From NCBI RefSeq assembly GCF_044704955.1, contig NC_091979.1:319114001-319178000 (forward strand): a stretch of DNA of 64,000 nt, given 5' to 3'. The DNA is from Pristiophorus japonicus. Taxonomy: Eukaryota. The translations under genes were made by a program, and so were the position numbers. Shown piece after piece: positions 35,301-48,997 of this stretch (position 1 is its first letter; every line of letters starts with the position of its first letter). Under the pieces are notes generated by a model, which saw only the letters and a program-made list of their open reading frames with translations, made no database searches and was not told the DNA's origin.

Positions 35301-35696
35301 TGGTTTACACTTACCCCAGTGCTACTCTGCTCTGTTGCCTCCTGTCTTTTGCATTCTTTCTTGGGATCCTGTTCATCTGAGCTCTCACACATTCTAACTA
35401 GCTCAGAGCCCTCTCCTGTGTTCCGAATACTCCTTGCATTGAGGCACTGAGCTTTCATGCTTGCCTCTTTATTACACTTTGACCCTTTAGAATTTTGCTG
35501 TACAGTGGCCCTTTTTGTTTTTTGCCTTGGGTTTCTCTGCCCTCCACTTTTACTCATCTCCTTTCTGTCCTTTGCTTTTGTCTCCATTTTGTTTCTCTCT
35601 GTCTCCCTGCATTGGTTCCCATCCCCTTGCCATATTAGTTTAATTCCTCCCCAACAGCACTAGCAGACACTCCCCCTCGGACGTTGGTTCCGGTCC
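32331..35696 (-). mobile_element. CR1 LINE (~3.4 kb; end of ORF1, APE, RT) inserted in the Harbinger Myb gene
   Basis: LYLNARSIRNK...AETWL...MGDFNLHIDW; KSPGPDEMHPRVLKE; YLDFQKAFDKVPH; FADDTK; GAGGGG at both junctions. Confidence 0.95.
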
Positions 35697-37397
35697 GAGG
35701 GGGACTCTGAGGTGCAACCCCTGACTCAGGTGGAGGAATACCTCTCGGCCCTGATGGATGCACAAGTGAGTGCATCGGCGGTGGGTGAGGCTGATCCCCC
35801 TTGGTACAGTGACGGTATGTTGAGTTACTTTACAGCCTCCAGCAGGCCACTCAGCCCTGACAGCAGAATCCTTCACCACGTTCCTGAGATGAGCATTTCC
35901 GAACGTCTCTCCCACCTGTAGGTAACCACTCTTCTCTGGCTTTGTAGTTTCCGATGGCGACTCAGATGGCCAGGGGCCTGCACATCAGCCTTCCACTGCT
36001 GGTGATGGTGGAGAGGAGGAGGAGGCGAAGGACACCTCTCTGGATGTGACCGAGGATCCAGCGTCCTCAGAAAGCAGGGCCAGCAGCTTTTTGACGGAAG
36101 GCGTGGTCGGTGAGATTGAGGTGAGTGATGCTCCGGGACCCAGTGGCCTACAGCAGTGCCATGGGGGAGGGGAAAACAGGGGGCCAGCTCCCCGGAGGGT
36201 GAGTGTGCACCTGAGTGATACTCAGCAGCACTCTGATGATGAGCCCAAATTAGAGGATGTTGCAAGACAGTCATTGTGGATGCACAGTGATCTGCTGGGT
36301 GTATTGGCAAGGGTGTCCGAGAGTCTCAATGCACTAGCTGTGAAGATGGAGGAGCCTGCCTCAACTTATACACATGTCTCTCAGAGCCCGTGGAGTCCAT
36401 CATTGGTCGATATCAACAGATGTTGGATGCTTCCAGTGAGCATAGGGTCCCAGACGTGGTGGGACGGGCTATGGCTGAGTGGCAGTAGCGATTGAGCACC
36501 AGGCCGATGCTATGGTAGACCTGCATACTACCATGCCGTCAGTGTGTGGTGGCATCAATCAGCTCTGTAATGTGCTGCAGATGCTGATGCAGAGCCAACT
36601 TGATGCCACGTAGCCACTGACTGCTGCCATCATGTCTGTGGCCCCATCAGTTCAACAGGGACCTCACGTTGCTGAAGCAGGGCAGCAATCTGTTCTCACC
36701 TAGATTGCTCCAGGTGCTGAGGGAGTAGCAGCGTGTTGGGCCTTTTGCAATTTGATGTCCTCTCTCAGAACGACATAATTCTGCACTTGCACCTGCCGCT
36801 CTCTGCAACCCATCCACCACAGTGTGCTGCTGTCCATGCTGCGGTGATGTAGTCTGCATGGGCCTGAGCTGGTGCAGCACGTCCTGCTAGGCCATCAGCT
36901 GTGGCAGCGGTGTCACTTTAGCGTCTTCCTACAAGCCTTACTGCGGGCACTGAGACCCTATTGAGGAGGAGCAGTAGGCGTGGGAGGGGGAGAAGCGAAT
37001 GAGTGGAAAAACATGAAGAAAGATCTACTAAAAATGTGTGTGCTAATGGCCAGAGATGGTGACCTTGCTCAAATATGAACTCATTTAAATAGTTGCACTT
37101 GGATGAGCCACTAAAGAATTATGTGATCGTGGCCAGAGATGCTGTCCTTGTTTGAATATGAATTAATCTAAATAGTTGCACGTGGATGTGGGTGAGAATG
37201 TTTCAAGTGGTCTGATTTCAATTATTCTTTGCTGTGGATGATGGCCTCCTTTTGTGCTTCTTTACAGCACACTGTGGTTTTTGTTGTCACACTCTTGACT
37301 TGCCATTTATATACACAGAAGCTGGGCGGGTGGGGTGCGATGTCTTCAGCAGATCGGCAGGTGAAGTAGACTGGCCATTCGGCACATCTTATGTCAT

Positions 37398-38604
37398 TCA
37401 CTGGAATCGATGCGCGATGAATCTCTGACGAGCAGTCTTTGCAGCCACAACAGTGTCAGGCTGCCTCCTCAGCACTTTGTCGTCCTCCTTATCATCATTG
37501 TCCTCCTGAGGTGGAGCTGCCATCTCTTTTGGTAATGGCTAGCCCAACATGATGGCCAGGTTGTGCAGTGTGCAGCACACAACAGTGAAGATGGACACTC
37601 TGTCAGGTGAGTACTGAAATGCCCCTCCAGAACGCTCAAGGCAGTGAAAACGTTGCTACAGAAACCTGATACTTTGCTCTCGAATGGTCCTGGTTGTGAT
37701 ATGACTGCTGTTGGAGCGCTGCTCGGCAGGTGTGGTGGGATTGTGGGCAAAAACACGTTCCAAAAGGCCCGACCCGCTGCTACTCACCCGGGGCAGAGCC
37801 TCAGCATCTGGTGTCATCAGCCAGGTGGCGAGACCATATCCTTTGTCGCCGATGAGCCAACCACACCATTCATGCGATAGCTGGAACAGTCAGGACACAC
37901 TGCGCTCCTGCAGGATGAAGGCATCGTGGCAGCTGCCAGGATAGCGTGCATTGATACAGCGAGGATCATCTGCCTGTGATCGCAGACCAGCTGAACGTTG
38001 AGGGAGTGGTCGCCCTTTCGATAGCGGAACACCTCTCCATTGTGAGGCGGGGCCCTCAATGCCACATGCATACTGTCAATGGCCCCCTGAATCACGGGGA
38101 AGCCCGCTATCCTGGCAAAGCCATGGGGCCGCTCATCCTGGCTCTCCCTGGACATACTGAACTTTATGTAGACCATTCATCGGCTGCAGAGAGTGCAGAC
38201 ACCTGGCGAATGCGGCAATGTACTGCAAACTGCGAGATGTTGCAGATATCGCCGACAGGAGACTGGAAGGAGCCGGTAGCATAGAATTGGAGGGCAACTG
38301 TCATTTTCTCTGCTATTGACAGCGAGGTCCTGGTGCCAATGTCAGCTTCGAGTTATGTCTGCAGGAGGTGGTAGAGCTCAGTAACGACCTCCTTCCGGAA
38401 CCGCAGTCTTTTTATGTACAGCTCCTCGGACATATCCAGGTAAGAATAATGCACACGGTAACCCCTGCGTCTCTACGGTCTCTTGCCCTGACATCTGGGG
38501 CCTCTCCTCTGGCATGGACCCACATTTGCCGGAAGCTGTCTCTATAGCCGGTGCCTTGGAAATATTCACTGCAGGACGAAGTTGTGTGCCATCACTGCCC
38601 CCAT
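37398..38604 (-). pseudogene. Harbinger DDE transposase (HARBI1-like), degenerate
   Basis: GFARIAGFPVIQGAIDSMHVAL...YRKGDHSLNVQLVCDH; frameshifted. Confidence 0.88.
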
Positions 38605-39308
38605 TAATTTGCAGAAGTTAGCCGCGATATGGTAGTTGCAAATGGATCCAACCTGAAACCCACCAATGTTTGCGAAATGCTCGTTGTGAAGCTGAGTAGT
38701 CGCAGCACGCCAACACCTACACACTCTGCGAGGAGAGAACGCAACACTGACCGCGACCTCTGTGGCCGGCTGCTACTCCCTTTAATTACTGCCCCTTGAT
38801 TTACCTTGATTTGTGAATGGTAACTTTTTTTGGCGTGTTCCCCGCCAGCCGGTAAGTGAGGCAGAAAAATGAATTTGGCGAGACCGGCACCAAGGAGGCA
38901 TTGCACGCGTACTGATGTCAGGATTTCCATGGCGGTAGTCGGCGAGGCGGAAAATCTTTGCACCCTTGAAGAAGCAGAACCGAATTTCCCATCAGGCAGC
39001 ACCACCGTCTAACGCTGCCGCCGAGCCATTTACGCCCCATTGCCGCCTCTCCCAGGTGGTATCAGCTGGCGGTACAACCGAATTTCGACCCCTGAGATTT
39101 TGCGCCAGGCGCTAATGCTTTAGATTGCATGCAAAATTCATTCTCACTGCTCAAAGAAATGATTTGGGCGCTAAATCAAGTCTTAAAGGCCTAGTTCAGT
39201 GGTGTCACACTCACAGGGTGGACGGATATCGGGTGCAGTCTAATCACAACTCATTATTGCCACAGGTTTTTGCCAGTACTTAAAGGGAAGGTTCTTTGAT
39301 ACTGCAGC

Positions 39309-42300
39309 CAGGGACGGATTAAGAGTGCCTTGGGGCCCGGCTAGTATCCTGATCATGGGCCCCCTACTCCCATTCACATCCTGCAGTAAATGACATTAGT
39401 GAGCTAAGTCACAGGACACTACACTGAGTATGTATCCGGTCACGGTCAGGTCAGGTCTATGCCTCAGGTTATGTTCTCATTGCTACTATAACGACTCCCA
39501 TTTAATATTTTATGTTTCCGAATAATCAAACCGATACCTTGATGAAACCCTGTATAAACAGTAAACAACAACGCTTTAATAAAAAAAAATCCTTACATTT
39601 TGAAACTAAATCGACAATGACAACAATTTCGAATAAGACTGTGCAATTTTATTGGAAGACCATCATTTGTCATTTGTATTCTATTTTCTCCACAGAGGCA
39701 ACTACCATTACATTGGTCTTTTCCTAGATTTTTGTCGGCTAAACTCGTCAATGATTTTTGAGAAGTCAAGTCCTCGCAGTACTTCGCTCTTAATTCTCAC
39801 GATTGAAAGACTATTAAGTCAATCTTGTCCCATTCGGTTCCAGACCTCATCCTTGATGCGTTTTAGTTTCGAGAAGGATTGGTCACCACTGCAATTTGAT
39901 ACCATCCTCGACAGGTATATCCGAAGAGCTATTTCAGTGTTAGAAAAGGTTTGGGTGAGGGCGTGTCTATTGAGCAATTGGTACATTCTCAGCTCTGATG
40001 GCTTCGTTTGTTTGACACAACTTGAGGGTTGAAGCTCTGTTGAGGATGCCACCAAGTTAGAAAACTGGATGAATTAATTTTCAATCCTGGGTTCCAGATT
40101 GTTGGGATAGGAACAGGCAATATTTGCTGTGGCTTGCTTGATCTCATAGTCGAGAGAGCGGCTAGCTTGGACAGGAATCCAAACTTACAGTTGATTTCCT
40201 TGTGTGCTTCAAGGTGATGTTTCAAGGTATTGATTAGTTGATCAATGATGACAAGGAACACTTCAGTTTTGAATTTCTCCTTGGGTGACAGCACAATGTT
40301 TTCAGCGTCTCCATCGTCATAACGGCGACTGCATACCTGAATGTGCCTCGGAGCTGAATTGTACTCATTCTGGCCACAGTTTAATCCCTCGGTCTTCGAA
40401 GTCCTCAAACTCTGTTCACCGTGTCTTGACAAAATCGACAAGGGACCCGAGTAAGGACATCATGACATTTAGATTCAAGCCGATCTCTTGAAGCGAGAGA
40501 TTGGTCAGGTGAAAGCGCTTCAAGACTGTGTTCCAAATAACAATGAGAATCGCTGAATCCAGGTCGCCCAGTTTGTCAAGGATCAACTGAGCTTCATTTC
40601 AGCATTCAACTTTCTGTTTCACCTCAGTTGCCAGAGATTCCAACACTTCACATATGGGAGTGTAATCTTTGAGCAGGGCTGACACTGCTTCATACCTTGC
40701 TGACCATCGAGTAGCAGAAAGCTGTTTGACGACAGACAGCCCTAAAAACTTTAGTTTTTCATAAAGCAGTCACCAGCGATACGTTGATGCAGAGAGAAAA
40801 GTGTACAACTTTTGTACAATGTCAAAAATCTGATGATCACTGGGCTGCGTTCGGCATTGTTTTTCCCCACAAGGTTGAGTGAGTGTGCTGTGCATGGTAT
40901 AAACGTCGCATATGGGCATTGCTCTTTGATGATAATTTGGACACCAAGTATTTACCACTCGCATTTGAAGCATTATCATAAGATTGTCTGTGGCAATTTT
41001 GTACATCAATCCCATTCTCATCCAGAAAGGCCAGTGTTATTTCTATTATTTCTATTATTTCTTGTCCAGTATGACCGATTATCGGCAACAACATGAGGAA
41101 TCTTTCCTCAGGATCAGTCGGTAGAACATAGCGGACAACAAATGTCAGCTGATCTGAGTGTGTGGCATCTGGTGTTGAATCAACAGATACTGAATAGAAC
41201 TTCACTGATTTCAATTCCTGGATAATTGTCTCAAGTACTTTGCCACCCATCAGACTAATCAGTTCTTCACAAGTGGTGGAAGACAAGTATGAAGTATGCC
41301 CCTTGCCTTTGTTGGCAAACTGCTTGATGTGTTCAGCAAGAAATGCATCGTAGTTTGCGAGATCCTCCAACACACCCAGATAATTACCATTTCTTGGAGA
41401 CCCAACGATTTTGTCTCCACCTCGCAATGAAAGACCTCGTTCACAGAAAAATGTTATGACACAGACAGCCCGCTCTAGCACCTTGCGACAGCACTGCAAT
41501 TCATTTTCAAACTGGAAGACAATATGACCATCCACAAAACCAGTGCCTGCTTGTCCAGTGCACATTACTACCATGGCTTCTCTGTGCTGGTGGCTGTTTT
41601 CGTGAGATGAAATCGTCTCATCTCCATGCTTCCAGTCATTAAACCCATGAGTAAAGTAGCTTCTTATTTGTGCTGTGACCTTGCAAACAAAGCAGTATAC
41701 ACTACCGTTTGATGGTGACTAACAGAGCCACATTCACTCCACACGTTCCGCTGTCAGTTGGTGCACACGTGTGAAGAAGGACTTCGAGCAGTATCAGCGA
41801 CATCCTTCCTTGGCATGAATCACACCGGAGTTTTGGAAGTCTTTATCACAGTTTCGGTAGTCCTCACTACCTTTTGCAATCCAATGGCTTTACATGTCTT
41901 CTGAGATATTGTCTCCCCACAGCCCAATGTCGCTCATAAATTGCATCTCTTTCAGCTCAGTATGTGCCAGTTGGTTGTCATCTTCTTCAACTTTTTAGAC
42001 TTGGAGCTCCAACTCGCCCAACTCTGAGTCTGGTGCCACGAGTGGTTTCATTGTTGAACTTAACTGCACAACGTCATCTTGGTCTTCATCTTCATGATCT
42101 TGCGTTATTAGCTGGAAAAAATGTTCCAGTTTAAGCAGTTTAGCTACTTCTCGTCTCTTTTGCTCCTTGCGTAGCTCGTGTTCGTTCCTTTTTTTAACCC
42201 GGATTTGTGTGTAGAATGCATCTCTAGAAAAAGGGCATCTCGAGTCTGTTTACATCAAGTCGACAATAACATGCGCCTGAGCCCTCGTGGCTTCGCTCCA

Positions 42301-42819
42301 CTCCTGCTACGTCACTTACCTCAATACTGTTTACTCTTACACTTAATCCCACCCTGTATGGGCCCCACTCTCGGCTTGGGCCCCACTCTAGGCTTGGGCC
42401 CTACTCTAGGCTTGGGCCCCACTCTGGGCTTGGGCCCCACTCTAGGCTTGGGCCCCACTCTAGGCTTGGGCCCCACTCTAGGCTTGGGCCCCACTCTAGG
42501 CTTGGTCCCCACTCTAGGCTTGGGCCCCACTCTAGGCTTGAGCCCCACTCTAGGCTTGGGCCCCACTCTAGGCTTGGGCCCCACTCTAGGCTTGGGCACC
42601 ACTCTAGGCTTGGGCACCACTCTAGGCTTGGGCACCACTCTAGGCTTGGGCCCCACTCTAGGCTTGGGCCCCACTCTAGGCTTGGGCCCCACTCTAGGCT
42701 TGGGCCCCACTCTAGGCTTGGGCCCCACTCTAGGCTTGGGCCCCACTCTAGGCTTGGGCACCATTCTAGGCTTGAGCCCTAGGCGACTGCCCCATTTGCC
42801 TCCCCTTCATTTGTCTCTG
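39309..42819 (-). mobile_element. hAT DNA transposon (Tip100/ZMYM1-like transposase), degenerate
   Basis: Imperfect TIRs CAGGGACGGATTAAG / CTTCATTTGTCTCTG; 8-bp TSD ACTGCAGC/ACCACAGC; RGLSLRG...NGNYLG...YSVSVDSTPD..HSDQLTFVVRYV...QSYDNASN; C-terminal SNCSGDQSFSKLKRIK dimerisation motif. Confidence 0.9.
42360..42782. repeat. 18-bp tandem repeat (GGCTTGGGCCCCACTCTA)n, subterminal in the hAT element
   Basis: ~23 copies; LGLGPT repeats in translation. Confidence 0.95.
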
Positions 42820-43879
42820 ACCACAGCAGCACATTCTCAGCATTGCTGGCTGTGTAGCTGCCTCACAAGGAGAAGCACAACAAGGAGAGGGAGTTGGAGG
42901 TCTGGAGCAGGTGTGCTGATGGCAGATCCACCTCAGTCAGGTGGTCAGGGTGATTGAATGCTTCAACACATGCTACATACCACCATCTGTACCACAAGCT
43001 TCACACACTGCCCAAAGGACCAGACTCCTAGCACTTACCAACCAACAATCTCCACCTACTAACACTCACACCCACAGCTCACGCCTTGCAGACAATGACA
43101 GCTATTTAACTATGGCAGGCACAAGGGTCATTAGTTATTTGAATGAATGTGATATGTGTGATATGTTTACGCACAAATTTATTAATGGAGTTTGCAATAT
43201 GTTGTGGTCTCTCTTATTTCACCCTTGTGCCCAGGAGGACGCTGTCATAGGGCAGGACACGGTGATGGTATGATGGACATGTGATGAGCAAAAGGTTTCT
43301 GGGGTTTAAGTCATCCTGGTGAGAGCCCTGATGCCCCTCCTCATCCCTGTGCGCACATGTTCCCACATTTCTGGCTGCCTACGCTCTCTCCGCCGTAGAC
43401 CCTGGAGGGCGAGGTGACATGTGTAGCAGTGTGGCAAATGTGGCAGTGTAAATCTGTGAACAATAAATGTAGCCACTTTGCGAAACAATGCTGATAAAAA
43501 TGAACCTTGAAATGACTCATACAAACTGATCCCCTGGTTGAAACTGACCAGAGACCTCAGAAACTAACCTGCTGATAGGTGCGAGTGATTAATGCGGATG
43601 CCAGCATCCTGAAGCTGTGTGCCTCCTCTCCCTGTCACTGTCTGGTCCAGGTGCAAAGTTAAACGTCCATAATGAATTTGGCAGATTGGGCGCTCACTGA
43701 TGTCACGATCTGCCTGGCGTTGAAGTCCCCGGCGGTACCTTGTATCGGCAGCGCAACGGAGGCTCCGGATTTGCTGTGCACCGCGAGATTCGCCTCACCC
43801 CAGCGCTCCTGCGTCAGTGCCCCATTACCACCCTCTGCAGGCGCTAACAGGAGGCACTAACCAACTGAATGCTCCCCCC

Positions 43880-44745
43880 TCTGTTCCTTCCTGACACGCT
43901 GCTTGATTTTACCCAAATCACTACTCTGCTCTACAGCCTTGACTTTTGTCTTTAGAATTATAAATTTGCCCTTACCTGAACCTTCTCCCCATGCTGTCTT
44001 ATTACTTTAAAGCTCTATCTAGCACCCTAGTTATTCAATTCTCCAGGACACTGGTCCCAGCCTGGATAATGTGGAGTCCATCCCAATGGAATAGCTCCCT
44101 TTTAGCCCAGTACTGGTGCCAGTGCCCCATGAAACGAAACCCCTGACTCCTGCACCACTCTTTCAGCCACGCATTTCACCTTCTAATCTTTTTGTCCCTG
44201 TGACAATTTGTACGTGACTCAGGTAGTAATCCAGAGATTATTTCCTTTGAGGTTATGCTTTTTAATCTCTCAGCAGAACCTCATTCCTAGTTCATCCTAT
44301 CTCCCCACATCAATGGCCTCCTGTAACACAGTGCCATGGTCAATTTGCCCATTCTCACTGCAGTTTTTGTTCTCATCCACACAGGTAGCACGTACCTCAT
44401 ACCTGTTGGACAAGGACAAAGGCTGAAGTTCCTGCACCACTGCATATGAGGTCCCTTTACCTGCCTGACTCGCAGGCACATCCTCCTGTACCTGACCAAT
44501 AGCTAAATCTCAATCACTACCTGACATAATGGGTGTGACTGCCTCCTTGGTCAAAGTGTCCAGGTATCTCTCCCTCTCCTTGATACATCGCAATGTCTGC
44601 ACCTCAGACTCCAGCTCAACAACTCTGAGCCAAAATTCCTCAACATTTACCGCAGATGTGGTTGCCTGGGATCATGCTGCTCGCCTCAAACTCCCACATG
44701 CTGCAGATATTGCACACCTCCTCCACTGCCATCTCTATCCAACCC
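43880..44745 (-). mobile_element. CR1 ORF1 (5') fragment
   Basis: MAVEEVCNICSMWE...HICGKC zinc finger and LSNRYEV, homologous to ORF1 at 56297. Confidence 0.7.
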
Positions 44746-44809
44746 TTTCTTACTTTATTTAATGAATAAGAGGTTTTATATAATAAATTCTCTTGCTTTT
44801 TTTTGTTAT

Positions 44810-47296
44810 TTAGAAACATAGAAACATAGAAAATAGGTGCAGGAGCAGGCCATTCAGCCCTTCTAGCCTGCACCGCCATTCAGCGAGTTCATGGCTGAAC
44901 ATGAAACTTCAGTACCACCTTCCTGCTTTCACGCCATACCCCTTGATCCCCCGAGTAGTAAGGACTTCATCTAACTCCCTTTTGAATATATTTAGTGAAT
45001 TGGCCTCAGCTACTTTCTGTGGTAGAGAATTCCACAGGTTCACCACTCTCTGGGTGAAGATGTTTCTCCTCATCTCGGTCCTAAATGGCTTACCCCTTCT
45101 CCTTAGACTGTGACCCCTGGTTCTGGACTTCCCCAACATTGGGAACATTCTTCCTGCATCCAACCTGTCCAAACCCGTCAGAATTTTAAACGTTTCTATG
45201 AGGTCCCCTCTCACTCTTCTGAACTCCAGTGAATACAAGCCCAGTTGATCCAGTCTTTCTTGATAGGTCAGTCCCACCATCCCGGGAATCAGTCTGGTGA
45301 ATCTTCACTGCACTCCCTCAATAGCAAGAATGTCCTTCCTCAAGTTAGGAGACCAAAACTGTACACAATACTCCAGGTGTGGCCTCACCAAGGCCCTGTA
45401 CAACTGTAGCAACACCTCCCTGTACTCAAATCCCCTCGCTATGAAGGCCAACATGCCATTTGCTTTCTTAACCGCCTGCTGTACCTGCATGCCAACCTTC
45501 AATGACTGATGTACCATGACACTCAGGTCTCGTTGCACCTTCCCTTTTCCTAATCTGTCACCATTCAGATAATAGTCTGTCTCTCTGTTTTTACCACCAA
45601 AGTGGATAACCTCACATTTATCCACATTATACTTCATCTGCCACGCATTTGCCCACTCACCTAACCTATCCAAGTCACTCTGCAGCCTCATAGCATCCTC
45701 CTCGAAGCTCACACTGCCACCCAACTTAGTGTAATCCGCAAATTTGGAGATACTACATTTAATCCCCTCGTCTAAATCATTAATGTACAATGTAAACAGC
45801 TGGGGCCCCAGCACAGAACCCTGCGGTACCCCACTAGTCACTGCCTGCCATTCCGAAAAGTCCCCATTTACTCCTACTCTTTGCTTCCTGTCTGACAACC
45901 AGTTCTCAATCCACGTCAGCACACTTCCCCCAATCCCATGTGCTTTAACTTTGCACATTAATCTCCTGTGTGGGACCTTGTCGAAAGCCTTCTGAAAGTC
46001 CAAATATACCACATCAACTGGTACTCCTTTGTCTACTTTACTGGAAACATCCTCAAAAAATTCCAGAAGATTTGTCAAGCATGATCTCCCTTTCACAAAT
46101 CCATGCTGACTTGGACCTATCATGTCACCATTTTCCAAATGCACTGCTATGACATCCTTAATAATTGATTCCATCATTTTACCCACTACTGAGGTCAGGC
46201 TGACCGGTCTATAATTCCCTGCTTTCTCTCTCCCTCCTTTTTTAAAAAATGGGGTTACATTGGCTACCCTCCACTCGATAGGAACTGATCCAGAGTCAAT
46301 GGAATGTTGGAAAATGACTGTCAATGCATCCGCTATTTCCAAGGCCACCTCCTTAAGTACTCTGGGATGCAGTCCATCAGGCCCTGGGGATTTATCGGCC
46401 TTCAATCCCATCAATTTCCCCAACACAATTTCCCGACTAATAAAGATTTCCCTCAGTTCCTCCTCCTTACTAGACCCTCTGACCCCTTTTATATCCGGAA
46501 GGTTGTTTGTGTCCTCCTTAGTGAATACTGAACCAAAGTACTTGTTCAATTGGTCTGCCATTTCTTTGTTCCCCGTTATGACTTCCCCTGATTCTCACTG
46601 CAGGGTACCTACGTTTGTCTTTACTAACCTTTTTCTCTTTACATACCTATAGAAACTTTTGCAATCCGCCTTCATGTTCCCTGCAAGCTTCTTCTCGTAC
46701 TCCATTTTCCCTGCCCTAATCAAACCCTTTGTCCTCCTCTGCTGAGTTCTAAATTTCTCCCAGTCCCCGGGTTCGCTGCTATTTCTGGCCAATTTGTATG
46801 CCATTTCCTTGGCTTTAATACTATCCCTGATTTCCCTAGATAGCCACGGTTGAGCCACCTTCCCTTTTTTATTTTTACGCCAGACAGGAATGTACAATTG
46901 TTGTAATTTATCCATGCGGTCTCTAAATGTCTGCCATTGCCCATCCACAGTCAACCCCTTAAGTATCATTAGCCAATCTATCTTAGCCAATTCCTGCCTC
47001 ATACCTTCAAAGTTACCCTTCTTTAAGTTCTGGACCATGGTCTCTGAATTAATTGTTTCATTCTCCATCCTAATGCAGAATTCCACCATATTATGGTCAC
47101 TCTTCCCCAAGGGGCCTCGCACAATGAGATTGCTAATTAATCCTCTCTCATTACACAACACCCAGTCTAAGATGGCCTCCCCCCTAGTTGGTTCCTCGAC
47201 ATATTGGTCTAGAAAACCATCCCTTATGCACTCCAGGAAATCCTCCTCCACCGTATTGCTTCCAGTTTGGCTAACCCAATCTATGTGCATATTAAA
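44810..47296 (-). mobile_element. CR1 LINE, young, 5'-truncated ORF2
   Basis: 418-aa and 231-aa ORFs with end of APE and RT motifs; (TAGAAACA)n tail. Confidence 0.96.
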
Positions 47297-47313
47297 GAAG
47301 AATTAATTGATCT

Positions 47314-48651
47314 GGGGGCCAATTTTAATGACTGCCACTCACTGCCATCCACTGCCATCCACTGCCGCCCACTGCCGCCCACTGCCATTCACTGCCGCCC
47401 ATTGCCATTCACTGCCGCCCACTGCCGCTCACTGCCATCCACTGCCACCCACTGCTGCCCACTGCCACCCACTGCCACCCACTCCCATCCACTGCCATCC
47501 ACTGCCGCCCACTGCCATCCACTGCCACCCATTGCCATCCACTGCCACCCACTGCTGCCCACTGCGGCCCACTGCCATCTGCTGCCGCCCACTGCCATCC
47601 GCTGTCATCCACTGCCGCCCACTGCCACCCACTGCCATCCACTCCCATCCACTGCCACCCACTGCCATCCACTGCCGCCCACTGCCACTCACTGCCATCC
47701 ACTCCCATCCATTGCCACCCACTGCCATCCACTGCCATCCACTGCAATCCACTGCTGCCCACTGCAACCCACTGCCATCCACTGCTGCCCACTGCCAGCC
47801 ACTGCCATCCACTGCTGCCCACTGCCATCCACTGCCTCCCACTGCCACCCACTGCCATCCACTGCCTCCCACTGCCGCCCACTGCCACCCACTGCCATCC
47901 ACTGCCTCCCACTGCCACCCACTGCCATCCACTGCTGCCCACTGCCACCCACTGCCATCCATTGCTGCCCACTGCCACCCACTGCCTCCCACTGCCACCC
48001 ACTGCCATCCACTGCCGCCCACTGCCATCCACTGCCATCCACTGCCTCCCACTGCCGCCCACTGCTGCCAACATTCCTCTGCTCGAACCGCCCAGTGCCA
48101 CTTTCGATGTGGCCTGGAGCGGGTGGGAAGGGAGAGCCGCCGGGAAGTGCCCGTCAATGTCAGCGGATGGCTGATGCACGTAAGTCGACTCCCGCCCGCC
48201 GAGATGCCCGATTGGTGTGGGCGGGAGTCGGCGGCAGGACGGCGGGGGACCGCTGGGTGGAGGCTGCTCTGTCCTCAACGGTAAGTGTCAAGATCCTGTA
48301 ACAAAGGTAAGTGGAATGTTGATAAATTATTTATTTGCAGGGACTTACCTGGAGGTCCTCAGATGTGTTTTTTTTGTTGGTGACGATTTTTATTTTGACC
48401 TCTTCGACCCTCCGTGGGCCCAACTCCATCCTCGGCGGCACTTGGGAGGCAAGTGCCTCTGCCGCTGAGAATGAGACTCCCGCCCGCTGCCGCCCAGATT
48501 GGTGGCGTACGTCATTGGTTTGTCACCCTCCGACATCGAGGGACCTCGGCGATGAAAACCCCGCCGAAAGTACCGTCCGATCCTCGGCGGCCATCGGCGG
48601 CACTTTGGGCGGCACTTGGGCGAGCGGAGACCTTGACCAAATTCAGCCCCA
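47314..48651. mobile_element. Non-autonomous Harbinger-like element containing a 10-bp repeat array
   Basis: GGGGCCAATTTT...AAATTCAGCCCC termini (imperfect). Confidence 0.45.
47330..48070. repeat. 10-bp tandem repeat (ACTGCCATCC / ACTGCCGCCC)n, ~74 copies
   Basis: Exact 10-nt period visible in the sequence blocks. Confidence 0.97.
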
Positions 48652-48997
48652 TAGTTTCAATTATTAATTTAATCCTGTATTAGCAAGTTATAGGGCCTGA
48701 ACTTGATCAATGAGCTGCCCAATACCACCCACAGCCGCCAAGGTAGTGCTGCCTTAAATATTTTGTTGTGATTCCTCATGTACAGCCCATCTGCCGCCCA
48801 GATCCCGCGGGGCGGGAGTTTCTTCAGGGAAGTACCACCGGTGCAACTTCCTACTGCCCGCTCAGGCTGGAGGCTCCAAAAATGGGATTGTGGTGGTCTA
48901 GGATCCTCTAACATGCTGCTCCCGCCAACCAGACTGACCGCTGGGAAAAAGGTGCTCTGAGCGGGTTGTGATTCGGGCGGCAGGGACAATCGCACAG

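Larger units (their letters stand above)
31189..39092. mobile_element. Complete-structure PIF/Harbinger transposon (Myb/SANT gene on +, transposase on -), interrupted by a CR1
   Basis: Perfect 16-bp TIRs GGGGTCGAAATTCGGT / ACCGAATTTCGACCCC; TGA 3-bp TSD on both sides; Myb exon RFSDTAIDELLDTLERRR...LWWEVAE at ~31520-31860. Confidence 0.92.
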
